A stretch of DNA of 64,000 nucleotides from an uncultured Cellvibrionales bacterium (GTDB lineage Bacteria; Pseudomonadota; Gammaproteobacteria; Pseudomonadales; GM7GCV1), in contig CAJXYP010000002.1 of NCBI GenBank assembly GCA_913063225.1, positions 21,756 to 85,755 on the forward strand, given 5' to 3'. Each line of letters starts with the position of its first letter. Position 1 is the first letter of the stretch. The notes beneath the pieces are model-generated. The model saw only the letters and a list, made by a program, of their open reading frames with translations. It searched no databases and had not been told where the DNA came from. Below are positions 23,123-30,418 of the stretch, one piece after another. The translations under genes were made by a program, and so were the position numbers.

Positions 23123-23578
23123 TTAAAAGGAGAGTGACTGCATTTCCTCTGGCAGACTCTCGAGTCCGTCAGAGGCGTCTAACATAGAATCAAGCTGTAC
23201 TTGCCAGTTATCGTCAGACCAGATTTCCACTTTTTGGCCCTGACCCAACAAAATGAGCTTCTTTTCCAAGCTGGCGTATGCCCGCAAAGGTGAAGGAATT
23301 AGGAATCGACCATTTGCATCTAACTCACAATCACTTGCGTGGCCTATAAAGAGCCGCTGCATTCGTTTTGCGTTTGGGTTTAGTGAAGGTAGCTTTTCGA
23401 TTTTTGCCTGAATCTCCTCCCAATAAGGCAGAGGATACACAGCCAGGCACCGCGCAACGGGATCAATAGTGATCACCAGCTGGCCGCTAGAAGCTTCGCC
23501 CAGCAAATCCCGGAATCTAGCCGGTACTGCCAGTCGCCCCTTGGCGTCCATATTGACGGAATGTATCCCTCGAAACAT
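23123..23578 (-). CDS. mraZ: Transcriptional regulator MraZ
   Basis: MFRGIHSVNMDAKGRLAVPARFR is the canonical MraZ N-terminus (ATG at 23578), giving about 151 aa with a duplicated SpoVT/AbrB-like fold. The upstream 37 codons of the tracked ORF are unlikely to be coding. Confidence 0.92.
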   Translation of the reverse strand: MFRGIHSVNMDAKGRLAVPARFRDLLGEASSGQLVITIDPVARCLAVYPLPYWEEIQAKIEKLPSLNPNAKRMQRLFIGHASDCELDANGRFLIPSPLRAYASLEKKLILLGQGQKVEIWSDDNWQVQLDSMLDASDGLESLPEEMQSLSF

Positions 23579-23623
23579 TAAGACCTTTCCTCTACTTAGC
23601 GTCAGAAGCTTTTTAGAAAAAGC

Positions 23624-23658
23624 CCCACAAAAACCCACAATTAACCAAAATTCTCCAC
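23624..23658 (-). promoter_or_regulatory. Putative MraZ operator: GTGGG/GTGGA direct repeats on 10-nt phasing in the mraZ leader
   Basis: On the minus strand: GTGGA (23658-23654), GTGGG (23638-23634) and GTGGG (23628-23624). The spacings are 20 and 10 nt. They lie between the predicted promoter and the mraZ ATG. E. coli MraZ is known to bind GTGGG repeats with 5-nt spacers in this position. Confidence 0.5.
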
Positions 23659-23666
23659 CCATCGAC

Positions 23667-23694
23667 ACTATAGGCACTAAAGAAGCCACGTCAA
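23667..23694 (-). promoter_or_regulatory. Candidate sigma70 promoter of the dcw operon (Pmra)
   Basis: Minus strand TTGACG (23694-23689), a 16-nt spacer, then TATAGT (23672-23667), about 90 nt upstream of the mraZ ATG. Confidence 0.45.
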
Positions 23695-23782
23695 CACTAG
23701 GATTTACGGGAAAATCCTTTCTTTACCAAAGACTTAGAAAAAGTGGGGCATTGTGGGATAACCACAAGGGAAGGAACCAATA

Positions 23783-23822
23783 GAAAACAAAAAGATGCTG
23801 CAAATTGATAAAATTTGCAGCA
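23783..23822 (-). terminator. Rho-independent terminator downstream of rnpB
   Basis: 11-bp perfect stem (23796-23806 pairing with 23812-23822) with loop gataa. On the minus strand it is followed by TCTTTTGTTTTCT. It lies about 50 nt beyond the mature RNase P RNA 3' end. Confidence 0.55.
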
Positions 23823-23873
23823 GATGCAAGAAGATTTAGATATAAAAATATTATTTTTAGATCAAAAAGAAAT

Positions 23874-24234
23874 AAGAGTCAGCCGTAAGCCGGGTTCTGT
23901 ACGGATTTCTCCGTGGCAATCATTCATCTACGCCTTTTGTCACCAAAAGACTTAAGCGGCCTACCCGAATCCAGTGCGGGTCGCACCATTGGATTCCTAT
24001 TTGGCCTTGCTCCGAGCGGGGTTTACCATCGCCACGAACGGTTACCCGTCGCGCGGTGCGCTCTTACCGCACCTTTTCACCCTTACCGGCTTTGCGAACA
24101 AAGCTTAGGCGGTTCACTTTCTGCTGCACTTTCCATGGGCTCACACCCCCCTGGGGTTACCAGGCACTCTACCCTTTGGAGCCCGGACTTTCCTCTGTGA
24201 AACAAGTTCACAGCGACTGCCCGGCTGACTCAGC
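23874..24234 (-). ncRNA. rnpB: RNase P RNA, bacterial type A (M1 RNA)
   Basis: The minus strand reads GAGTCAGCCGGGCAGTCGC...GAGGAAAGTCCGGGCTCC (P4 5' strand; plus-strand coordinates 24178-24195) ... ACAGAACCCGGCTTACGGCTGACTC. The 3' P4 strand is present and P1 closes with the 5' end. This aligns closely to my memory of E. coli M1 RNA. The location between mraZ and rsmI matches Pseudomonas. Ends are accurate to about 5 nt. Confidence 0.93.
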
Positions 24235-24390
24235 GTGGACAATACATATAGGTGGTTGAGTTCACAACTCTATAAGTTGATTAATAGGTAAATTTAGAAT
24301 TTTCGTTGCTCTGGGCGCCCCTTTTAGTTGACCGTATCGATTTGTGAATTATTCCTTCTGCGAGTCTTAATCAAATTTTGGGCATTCCCA

Positions 24391-24445
24391 CCCCCGTGGG
24401 GCGCTCTTTACTTTGCTTGTCCAAAGTAACGAACCAAAAGAAAGG
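24391..24445. repeat. Hairpin-containing repeat module, copy 1
   Basis: 8-bp stem ttactttg/caaagtaa (24408-24415 pairing with 24422-24429) with a 6-nt loop, followed by the ACCAAAAG 8-mer. It is related in reverse complement to 24893-24935. Confidence 0.45.
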
Positions 24446-24892
24446 GCACCCCGAGTCGCTTGGCCTGACGGCTACACTCGCTCCGAGCCATTTATTCGGA
24501 TCGTGCTTACCCGGATATTGCTCCGAACGCACTTGAACGCACGTCCGTGTGCGTCCAACCCTAATAAATAGCTCTCCCCTCAGTAAGCCTAACGGGGACC
24601 GGTCACTCTTCTCGACGGGAGGATAGAAGTTTTTTGCCCTTAGTTTTTTTGAATTTTTGAGCGCAGCGATTAGGTTGCGACTTGGGTTATTCGGACTACA
24701 TCCTCACACTTCGGGTCCACCACCCTGAAGATGGTTGGTTATCTCGCTGCGCTCGGTTCGCCCAGAAGCGCAGTTTCTAACCGTATAAAGTGAGGTCTGT
24801 CTGAGAAAAACCTAAGGTTTTCGAGTTCTGCCGCTTAGGATATAAACGAGCATCGCAGGGAACCCGCGCAGCGGGCGGCATAAACGGAGCAG

Positions 24893-24935
24893 GCGCTTTT
24901 GGTCACTTTTGGCAAGACAAAAGTCACCCCCCGTT
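24893..24935. repeat. Hairpin-containing repeat module, copy 2 (inverted relative to copy 1)
   Basis: 7-bp stem acttttg/caaaagt (24905-24911 pairing with 24918-24924) with a 6-nt loop. The reverse complement reads ACTTTTGtcttgcCAAAAGTgACCAAAAG, compared with copy 1 tACTTTGcttgtcCAAAGTaacgaACCAAAAG. Confidence 0.45.
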
Positions 24936-24998
24936 GCAGCGGAAATAATTAAATATTTTCGCAAACCAGCAGCAATCGCTAAAATATACAATAAGAGG

Positions 24999-25019
24999 TT
25001 TTAGGGAAACCCCCTAAAA
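24999..25019 (-). terminator. Hairpin immediately after the rsmI stop; weak terminator candidate
   Basis: 8-bp stem ttttaggg/ccctaaaa with a 5-nt loop, 16 nt downstream of the rsmI stop. The downstream minus-strand tract is only moderately T-rich. Confidence 0.3.
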
Positions 25020-25034
25020 GCCTAGACCATAAAG

Positions 25035-25901
25035 TTAGTCACCTTGACCATCCAACCCAATTTGATAACAGCGGTTTTTCTTTACCCCAAGCATTTCAGA
25101 CACCAATACTGCTGCCTTCTTCACTCCAAGATCGGGTACTGCCAAAAGCATGAGTCGACTAATCTCGGCATCATCCGTCACCCTGTCGGGAGCGCCCCGC
25201 ACTAAAACAACAAACTCTCCTTTCTGCGCGTGATCTTCAGATTCCAATCGGTTCACCATGTCTGAGAGTCGACCGATATACCAGGTTTCAAATTTCTTGG
25301 TTAGCTCCCTGACAATTGATACTTCTCTATCTCCACCAAGCACAAGATTTGCATCCTTGAGTGATTCCAATATGCGATGCGGAGACTCGTACAAAATTAG
25401 TGTCTCTTGTTTGGTCGCCAAAGACTCATACCACTTTTTGCGCGCTAGAGACTTTGCTGGAGGGAATCCAACAAAAGAAAACCGATCTGTTGGCAGTCCG
25501 GAAGCACTGAGCGCAAGAATACCTGCAGAAGGACCTGGTACCGCAATGACGTCGATCCCCTCTTGGCGAGATAATCGCACCAGTGAATAACCAGGATCGG
25601 AAATGAGAGGCATTCCGGCATCACTGATTAACGCTATGCTCTGACCTTGCTTTATTTTTTCGACTAATTTTTTGGAAGCCTGGGATTCGTTGTGATCGTG
25701 ATATGCCAAGGTAGGAGTAGAAATTGAAAAATGGCTCAATAGCTGCGCCGCCCGCCGAGTATCTTCCGCAGCAATGCAATCTACAGATTGAAGTACTTTG
25801 ATAGCGCGAGGTACCATGTCACCAAGGTTTCCAATTGGCGTACCAACCAGATATAGGCTTCCATGATTTTTGCCCAGGATATTCAAAACTTCGATCTCCA
25901 A
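25035..25901 (-). CDS. rsmI: 16S rRNA (cytidine1402-2'-O)-methyltransferase RsmI
   Basis: LYLVGTPIGNLGDM ... IAAEDTR ... SDAGMPLISDPG motifs of the tetrapyrrole-methylase-like RsmI family. There is no in-frame ATG before the GTPIGN motif, so the start is TTG at 25901 or 25886. Confidence 0.9.
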   Translation of the reverse strand: MEIEVLNILGKNHGSLYLVGTPIGNLGDMVPRAIKVLQSVDCIAAEDTRRAAQLLSHFSISTPTLAYHDHNESQASKKLVEKIKQGQSIALISDAGMPLISDPGYSLVRLSRQEGIDVIAVPGPSAGILALSASGLPTDRFSFVGFPPAKSLARKKWYESLATKQETLILYESPHRILESLKDANLVLGGDREVSIVRELTKKFETWYIGRLSDMVNRLESEDHAQKGEFVVLVRGAPDRVTDDAEISRLMLLAVPDLGVKKAAVLVSEMLGVKKNRCYQIGLDGQGD

Positions 25902-25943
25902 AGTATTAGGCCGATTTATAATAATCTGACCAAGTGTTTTTGT

Positions 25944-27701
25944 ATGGCCGCCACTATAGTCGCTCTAGCGAGTTGCGGCAGCCAGCCGTACTCGCCTCCT
26001 TCGAGCACCCAAGAAGAGGAAGCTATTTCCCTGTCTTCGGAATCCTTCCTCGATCTAGCTGCCAGAAGCAGCGGGGCCCTAGCCGAACATTACAAGTTGC
26101 AGGCATTTAAGCAGTCCATACTTGATCAAGATTTTTTGCTCGCAGAACAACTCCTAGAGCAAATTAATTTCAGTCTACTATCTGACGACGACAGACTATC
26201 TAGCCAGCTTTCCGAGGCGCAGTTCCTTATCAACAAAGGCCACACCGGCGAAGCAATTGCCATTCTTGGATCCGGAGCATCGCTGCCAAGCCTAGTCTCA
26301 GAGTGGAATTATCGCATGAGTGAAGCACAGATAGCCCTTGGAAATTATCCAGTCGCCCAAGGGCTTTATTACGATTGCAGTACAGGTGGATTCAGCACCC
26401 ATAACTACCCATCCCTTTGCACCGAAAAATTTTGGCAATCATTACTTGCGTATGGCGCGGTCGACAGCACCCTTGGCAGTATAGATGAGGACTATCGCGA
26501 CTGGATCGAGCTTGCAAATATTGTCCAGAACAACAGAGGCTTGATTGAACACCAAAGCATCGCACTGCAGTCTTGGTTTTTTGAGAACACAGAACACTCC
26601 GCACGGATTAATCCGCCGGCGGAAGTTATTGATCTACTTCGATCTGAGATTGAAGCTCCATTGTCTGTCGCTTTACTACTGCCACTATCAGGACGGCTGC
26701 AATCCGCAGGTGAAGCCGTTCTGGATGGTTACCTCTCAGCGCTTTACAGAACCGGGATAGAGAACTACTCAACACCTCAAATTGAGGTTTTTGATTCCAA
26801 CCAACTGCCGATAGAGTTAATTGCCGAACTAGTTGCTGATGGAGAGTTTGATGTCGCTATCGGACCGCTAGATGCAAATAACGTGCACCTATTTACAAAT
26901 TCAATTTCGAACGATCAAGCGGTTTTATCTTTAAACCGCCTAAATGACGCTGAGAATCGCTCGTCGATGCACCTTGGATACTCTTTAGCCGTTGAAAGCG
27001 AAGCAGCACAAGCTGCGCGAAGCGCATCGGATCGAGAATACAAAAGCGCTATGCTTTTAATAGAGGATTCAGGAATAGGAGAAAGAGCAGCAGGAGCATT
27101 TGCTGAGCAGTGGATTTCTGAAGACCGTCAAATTCAGGATCTAGTTCGACTCACTGACGCCACCACGCTTACAGAACGGCTAGAACAATCTTTCCATATA
27201 GATCAAAGTGAGACTCGCAAATCCCAGCTGCAAGGCCTGCTCGGCAAACGGCTCGAATTCACACCTCGAAGACGCCAGGATATCGACACAATATTTTTGG
27301 CAAGCAACCCCCTTCTGGCTAGGCAGGTAGCCCCTACTTTAGCCTTTTTGTTCGCCCATGATGTTCCGGTCTTGGCAATATCCCGCATCTACGAGGACAG
27401 TAGTGACACCGAGGACAATCGCGACCTGGAACCCGTTGAATTTTTGTCCCCGCCCTGGCTAATCGAAAATCGGCAATCTTTGGAGCAAGCAGAATCATCT
27501 CGACCTTTGGAACTGCAAAAACTCGAGGCAATGGGCGTGGACGCTTTCTACTTAAGTAGACGATTTCAGCAACTAAGAGATCCTTCATTTGTCTATCAAG
27601 GAAAGACAGGCAATATCTATTTGGGATCTACCGGAAACTTAGAACGAACCATGGAGTGGGTAAAACTGAATGGCAATAGACTGGCCCCAACGGAAGAATA
27701 A
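25944..27701 (+). CDS. lpoA: Penicillin-binding protein activator LpoA (LppC family lipoprotein)
   Basis: Lipobox ALASC after the ATG at 25944, N-terminal TPR-like region, and a C-terminal periplasmic-binding-protein-like domain. It follows the conserved divergent rsmI / lpoA-yraN-diaA-dolP layout. The start is uncertain because the signal peptide is very short from this ATG. Confidence 0.82.
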   Translation: MAATIVALASCGSQPYSPPSSTQEEEAISLSSESFLDLAARSSGALAEHYKLQAFKQSILDQDFLLAEQLLEQINFSLLSDDDRLSSQLSEAQFLINKGHTGEAIAILGSGASLPSLVSEWNYRMSEAQIALGNYPVAQGLYYDCSTGGFSTHNYPSLCTEKFWQSLLAYGAVDSTLGSIDEDYRDWIELANIVQNNRGLIEHQSIALQSWFFENTEHSARINPPAEVIDLLRSEIEAPLSVALLLPLSGRLQSAGEAVLDGYLSALYRTGIENYSTPQIEVFDSNQLPIELIAELVADGEFDVAIGPLDANNVHLFTNSISNDQAVLSLNRLNDAENRSSMHLGYSLAVESEAAQAARSASDREYKSAMLLIEDSGIGERAAGAFAEQWISEDRQIQDLVRLTDATTLTERLEQSFHIDQSETRKSQLQGLLGKRLEFTPRRRQDIDTIFLASNPLLARQVAPTLAFLFAHDVPVLAISRIYEDSSDTEDNRDLEPVEFLSPPWLIENRQSLEQAESSRPLELQKLEAMGVDAFYLSRRFQQLRDPSFVYQGKTGNIYLGSTGNLERTMEWVKLNGNRLAPTEE

Positions 27702-28083
27702 AAAAGATCCAGCGTCCGCTCAGTTCATCGGCAACAAAGCGGAAGACTTCGCCCAAAAATTCCTTAAAAAAAGGGGATTGAAAATTATCACGCGAAATTC
27801 GCGATATAAATTGGGAGAGATTGATATCATCGCCGAAGGTGGCGAGGACCTCGGTTTTGTAGAAGTCAGATTTCGTTCTGGGACGTCTCGAGGAGGCGCA
27901 ATGGAATCCGTTGCTGATAAAAAACAAAAGCGCCTAGTGCGAGCTGCTCAATTATGGCTGCAGGAAAATAGAGCTTACCAAAACCACTATTGCCGTTTTG
28001 ATCTGATTGCCATAAATTCGGTTATAGATATTGAACATACAAACTGGGAAAAAGATGCGTTCCAAACCACTGGATTTAGCTAA
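27670..28083 (+). CDS. yraN: UPF0102 family endonuclease-like protein YraN
   Basis: GEIDIIA...FVEVRFR...CRFDLIA motifs align with my memory of E. coli YraN; synteny supports the call. Confidence 0.85.
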   Translation: MAIDWPQRKNKKDPASAQFIGNKAEDFAQKFLKKRGLKIITRNSRYKLGEIDIIAEGGEDLGFVEVRFRSGTSRGGAMESVADKKQKRLVRAAQLWLQENRAYQNHYCRFDLIAINSVIDIEHTNWEKDAFQTTGFS

Positions 28084-28649
28084 TGGATGAAGCACTACTA
28101 ATATTCTTGCGCGATCTTATGGAGATGCGAGACACGCTAATAGAGCGCCTCGCACCCGAAATCGCTTTTTCTGCGCAGCTGGCCTCATCCTGTCTCACAA
28201 ATGATGGCAAGATATTTACTCTGGGTGCAGGCGACTCCAGCCATATTGCCTCATTGTTCGAACGGCAATTAGTAGACCAATACCGAATTGAAAGACCAAA
28301 CCTACCTTGCATCGCTCTCTCAGAAGGCGATCACCCAGCAGACAAAGAAAGCTTCTCGGCCAACCAACTAAGGGCACTAGCAAAACCTGACGATTGTTTA
28401 ATTGTATTTTCTTCCCTAAGAGAAGATCATCGCTTGCAAGCTTTGCTGGATATTGCCATCGATCGAGGACTTACGATTATTCTAATAGGCCCTTCTTCTG
28501 CATCTGGATTAAAACAACAGCTGCAGGACAATGATCTTGATATTTCCATCGATGTAACCCATAAAGCACAGCTGTTGGATTGCCAACTTTCTATCGCCTT
28601 GGCCATCGCCGGCTTAATTGATTTTCAACTCTTTGGGAGTGACCTGTGA
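28083..28649 (+). CDS. diaA: SIS-domain protein, DiaA / GmhA-like (DnaA initiator-associating factor family)
   Basis: SIS motif KIFTLGAGDSSHIASLF and ERPNLPCIAL align with E. coli DiaA. It sits at the yraN-diaA-dolP position and has a TAATG overlap with yraN. Confidence 0.78.
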   Translation: MDEALLIFLRDLMEMRDTLIERLAPEIAFSAQLASSCLTNDGKIFTLGAGDSSHIASLFERQLVDQYRIERPNLPCIALSEGDHPADKESFSANQLRALAKPDDCLIVFSSLREDHRLQALLDIAIDRGLTIILIGPSSASGLKQQLQDNDLDISIDVTHKAQLLDCQLSIALAIAGLIDFQLFGSDL

Positions 28650-29233
28650 GTTCTATCCGTTCCAAATTTCTATCCTATGTAACCCTTGGCTTCTTGACCA
28701 GCCTAACCTTAGGCTGTACCACCATATTGGACATTACCAGAGACGAACCCATTGAAGTTGACCCCTACGATCGCTCAATAGGATCAAAATTAGACGACTC
28801 CAATCTAGAAACCATACTTCGCCACAATCTCAATAAGGCCCACCCGGACCTTGATTCGGCCCATATTGAAGTGCATAGTTTTAATGCAGTTGTATTGGTC
28901 ACTGGCGAAGTACCATCCGAAGAATTGAAAGCTCAAGCCTCAGAGATTGTGAACCAGGTAACCAGGGTTAGGCAGGTCTATAACGAACTGACCGTCAGAG
29001 CGAATACTTCTCTGCTATCAAGAGCGAATGACACTATATTACGGCAAAAAATCGCGCTTCGATTTTTACGGGAACCATTATTGGATGGCGTCGATTTAGA
29101 GATTGTTGTGCAAGACAGCGTTACTTTTCTAATGGGGCTGACTAATGCAGCGCAGGCCGAGGTGGCAGCACATGAAGCGAGCTTGACGGGCGGAATTCGC
29201 CGAGTGGTTAAGGTGTTTGAATACGTCGAGTAG
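28646..29233 (+). CDS. dolP: Dual-BON-domain outer-membrane lipoprotein DolP (YraP)
   Basis: Lipobox LTLGC and two BON-like repeats (VHSFNAVVLVTGEV..., VVQDSVTFLMGLT...). GTG start with a GGGAG RBS; synteny supports the call. Confidence 0.8.
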   Translation: MSSIRSKFLSYVTLGFLTSLTLGCTTILDITRDEPIEVDPYDRSIGSKLDDSNLETILRHNLNKAHPDLDSAHIEVHSFNAVVLVTGEVPSEELKAQASEIVNQVTRVRQVYNELTVRANTSLLSRANDTILRQKIALRFLREPLLDGVDLEIVVQDSVTFLMGLTNAAQAEVAAHEASLTGGIRRVVKVFEYVE

Positions 29234-29280
29234 AACACTTAGCCTCTACTAACTCGTATAAGAGATGATAAAAAGCTCGG

Positions 29281-29724
29281 TTACTTCACTACCCGTAGAG
29301 AAGGTTTTTTACTCGACTTAGATGACTTGGAACTATTGGTTCCTGCTCCGCCAGCAGAACTAAGCGGTGCAGGACTCAAAGGAGACGGCGTCGGCGGTTG
29401 ATAGTCGTCCTCTGTAAACATCATGCCCTGACCGTTCTCCCTAGCGTAGATTCCAGTCACTGCACCCAAGGGAACATAGATATCCATGGGCACACCACGA
29501 AAACGCGCATTAAAAGAAAGCGCCTCGTTATCCATATTCATACTATTAACGGCGTCGGGAGCTAGGTTCAGAGTTATCTGGCCATCCTGCACATATTCTT
29601 GCGGAACACGCACGCCTTCGCCATGCGCATTTACCGCAACGTGCGGGGTCAATTGATTATCCAAAATCCACTCGTATATCGCCCGCAGTAAATAAGGCCG
29701 AGTAGATGTCATATTATTGGACAT
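29281..29724 (-). CDS. sspB: ClpXP adaptor / stringent starvation protein B
   Basis: RPYLLRAIYEWILDNQLTPHVAVNA matches the conserved SspB N-terminal domain. It has a disordered tail ending in LRVVK, the ClpX-binding type. Confidence 0.9.
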   Translation of the reverse strand: MSNNMTSTRPYLLRAIYEWILDNQLTPHVAVNAHGEGVRVPQEYVQDGQITLNLAPDAVNSMNMDNEALSFNARFRGVPMDIYVPLGAVTGIYARENGQGMMFTEDDYQPPTPSPLSPAPLSSAGGAGTNSSKSSKSSKKPSLRVVK

Positions 29725-29750
29725 AAAAGGAAGTGCCTGACTAACCCATG

Positions 29751-30380
29751 TTAATAGGTTTGATGCATCTGCGCTTCAGCAGCTGACAGACTTGTCTCGA
29801 ATGCTGGACGACCAAATATTCGCTTCATATATTCGATAAGCGGCTTGGACTGCTTAGTATTAGGTATGTTTACGCCCAAGTATCCCAATCGCCACATGAT
29901 TGGCGCAAGACAACAATCAACCAAGGTAAACTCTTCGCTCATAAAGAATTCTTTCTCAGCAAATATCGGCGCTATTCCCAACAAACTCTGACGCAAATAT
30001 TTTGCGGCGGCTTCTTCGCCGGGCTTTTTAGAGAGAATATCAACATGGCTACTCCAGTCGCGCTCAATGCGATAAATCCAAAGGCGACTCAATGCACGAG
30101 CTACCGGATACACTGGCAGCAACGGCGGATGCGGAAAACGCTCGTCCAGATATTCCATCATTACTCGAGATTCATACAGAACCAAATCTCTATCTACCAA
30201 AGTAGGCAAGGTGCTATAGGGATTAAGGTCAGCCAACTCTGCAGGAACCGTGGCTTCTGAATATTCTTCAATATCGACGCTGATTCCCTTTTCTGCCAGC
30301 ACAATACGCACACGGTGCGAATAGTGACTGAGGGGATCCGACAAAAGTGTCATGGTGGATCGTCTGGTAATGCTTGTCAT
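29751..30380 (-). CDS. sspA: Stringent starvation protein A (GST-like)
   Basis: From the ATG at 30380, MTSITRRSTMTLLSDPLSHYSHRVRIVLAEKGI aligns with the E. coli SspA N-terminus. It is paired with sspB. Confidence 0.92.
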   Translation of the reverse strand: MTSITRRSTMTLLSDPLSHYSHRVRIVLAEKGISVDIEEYSEATVPAELADLNPYSTLPTLVDRDLVLYESRVMMEYLDERFPHPPLLPVYPVARALSRLWIYRIERDWSSHVDILSKKPGEEAAAKYLRQSLLGIAPIFAEKEFFMSEEFTLVDCCLAPIMWRLGYLGVNIPNTKQSKPLIEYMKRIFGRPAFETSLSAAEAQMHQTY

Positions 30381-30418
30381 ACGTGCTCCGTAGGCCAACT
30401 AAGGCCTGTTAACAGACC

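Noticed and set aside
23913-24259. Two plus-strand ORFs (95 aa and 67 aa) in the ORF track
   Set aside because: They lie entirely antisense within the RNase P RNA gene. The sequence is explained by rnpB and the peptides have no protein-like features.
24235-24300. Attempt to assign a sigma70 promoter for rnpB directly upstream of its 5' end
   Set aside because: Candidate -35 (TTGTGA) and -10 (TATATG/TATGTA) hexamers have spacers of 11-14 nt, so no acceptable -35/-10 geometry could be found by eye.
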